Assembly: GCA_963668695.2 (NCBI GenBank)
Contig: CAXXLQ010000004.1
Location: forward strand, 2,816,001 to 2,880,000
DNA: 64,000 nt
Source: Vicinamibacteria bacterium
Lineage (GTDB): Bacteria; Acidobacteriota; Vicinamibacteria; Marinacidobacterales; Marinacidobacteraceae
Direction of reading: 5' to 3'
The position numbers and the translations under genes were made by a program. The notes under the pieces were generated by a model. It searched no databases. It saw only the letters and a program-made list of their open reading frames with translations, and was not told the DNA's origin. Shown piece after piece: positions 61,234 through 64,000 of this stretch (positions are counted from its first letter, which is position 1; every line of letters begins with the position of its first letter).

Positions 61234-61754
61234 GCGCCGACAAGGCACCGCCGCCGCGTTTCGCGCTCCTCGGGGCGCTGGCGCTCCTGACCATCCTGGC
61301 GGCGGTCCGGGTCGCCACCACGATGGACGATCCGGCCGATTTCCTGCTCGCCCTCGGCCTCGTGGCGCTCTTCACGCCCCTGAAGGCATTGATGATCCGG
61401 TGGTTGGATGGACGGCGGCCCTACCAGTCGGCGTTTGCGGCGTCCGTGTTCTCCGCGATCGTCGGCATGGTGTTTCGCGAACCGCTCAACCTGTGGTCGC
61501 TGCTGTTTCGCAGCACGATGCTGACCGCGGCCCTCGAGGCGCTTCCGCTCTTTGCGATGCGGACCTCGGATTCCCCGGTGCGAGTCCTCGTGCTGTCCGG
61601 CTACATGAGCGTGGTGGTCCATCTGCTCTCCGGCGGGTTCGTGCTGCTCTCCTGGAGACCGCTCGTCGGGGGGCTGTTGATGGTGGCCGGAGTTGGGGCG
61701 ATGTGGCTTCCGCTGTTCCTCGGCGGTTTCCGGCGCACCGGGGTCCCGCGGTAG
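61230..61754 (+). CDS. Hypothetical polytopic membrane protein
   Basis: About 6 hydrophobic segments; GTGA overlap with the lysA stop. Confidence 0.65.
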   Translation: MSADKAPPPRFALLGALALLTILAAVRVATTMDDPADFLLALGLVALFTPLKALMIRWLDGRRPYQSAFAASVFSAIVGMVFREPLNLWSLLFRSTMLTAALEALPLFAMRTSDSPVRVLVLSGYMSVVVHLLSGGFVLLSWRPLVGGLLMVAGVGAMWLPLFLGGFRRTGVPR

Positions 61755-61837
61755 CCCGCCAACCGAGAGTCCGAGCCCGACGACGAAACTGTCGGGGAAA
61801 CCGTCAGGAAACCGTCAGGAAGGCCGCGGACGGGCGG

Positions 61838-64000
<2,163 letters not shown>

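Overview
High-GC bacterial chromosome segment. The GWxTD protein, paired TPR and CRTAC1/ASPIC-UnbV genes, Oar-like TonB-dependent receptor and giant Calx-beta-like adhesin suggest an Acidobacteriota-like, possibly host-associated organism (inference). Bases 1-13.8 kb are the 3' part of one giant adhesin with about 30 near-identical 351-bp repeats and about 13 frameshifts, probably long-read errors. The rest holds peptidases (M24, two S9, CPBP), three PLP enzymes and an FMN oxidase with Tat signals, murB-murA, a LigD-like gene with a degenerate ligase domain, an SBP/HAMP/MFS unit, a sulfite-oxidase-family Mo enzyme, modABC, a triple-RidA lipoprotein, lysA and the 5' part of ligA. Intergenic DNA carries a ~180-bp TA-flanked MITE-like family. 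The most unusual signal is an ~18-21-nt motif (CCAGTTCTCCCGGTGGGGG) seen 16 times, at five distinct sites inside two unrelated repeat families, in both orientations, with empty-site counterparts in the same window. There is also a dispersed ~155-nt multi-hairpin element and a promoter-linked ~185-nt structured ncRNA candidate. All family assignments come from motif recognition, not database searches.
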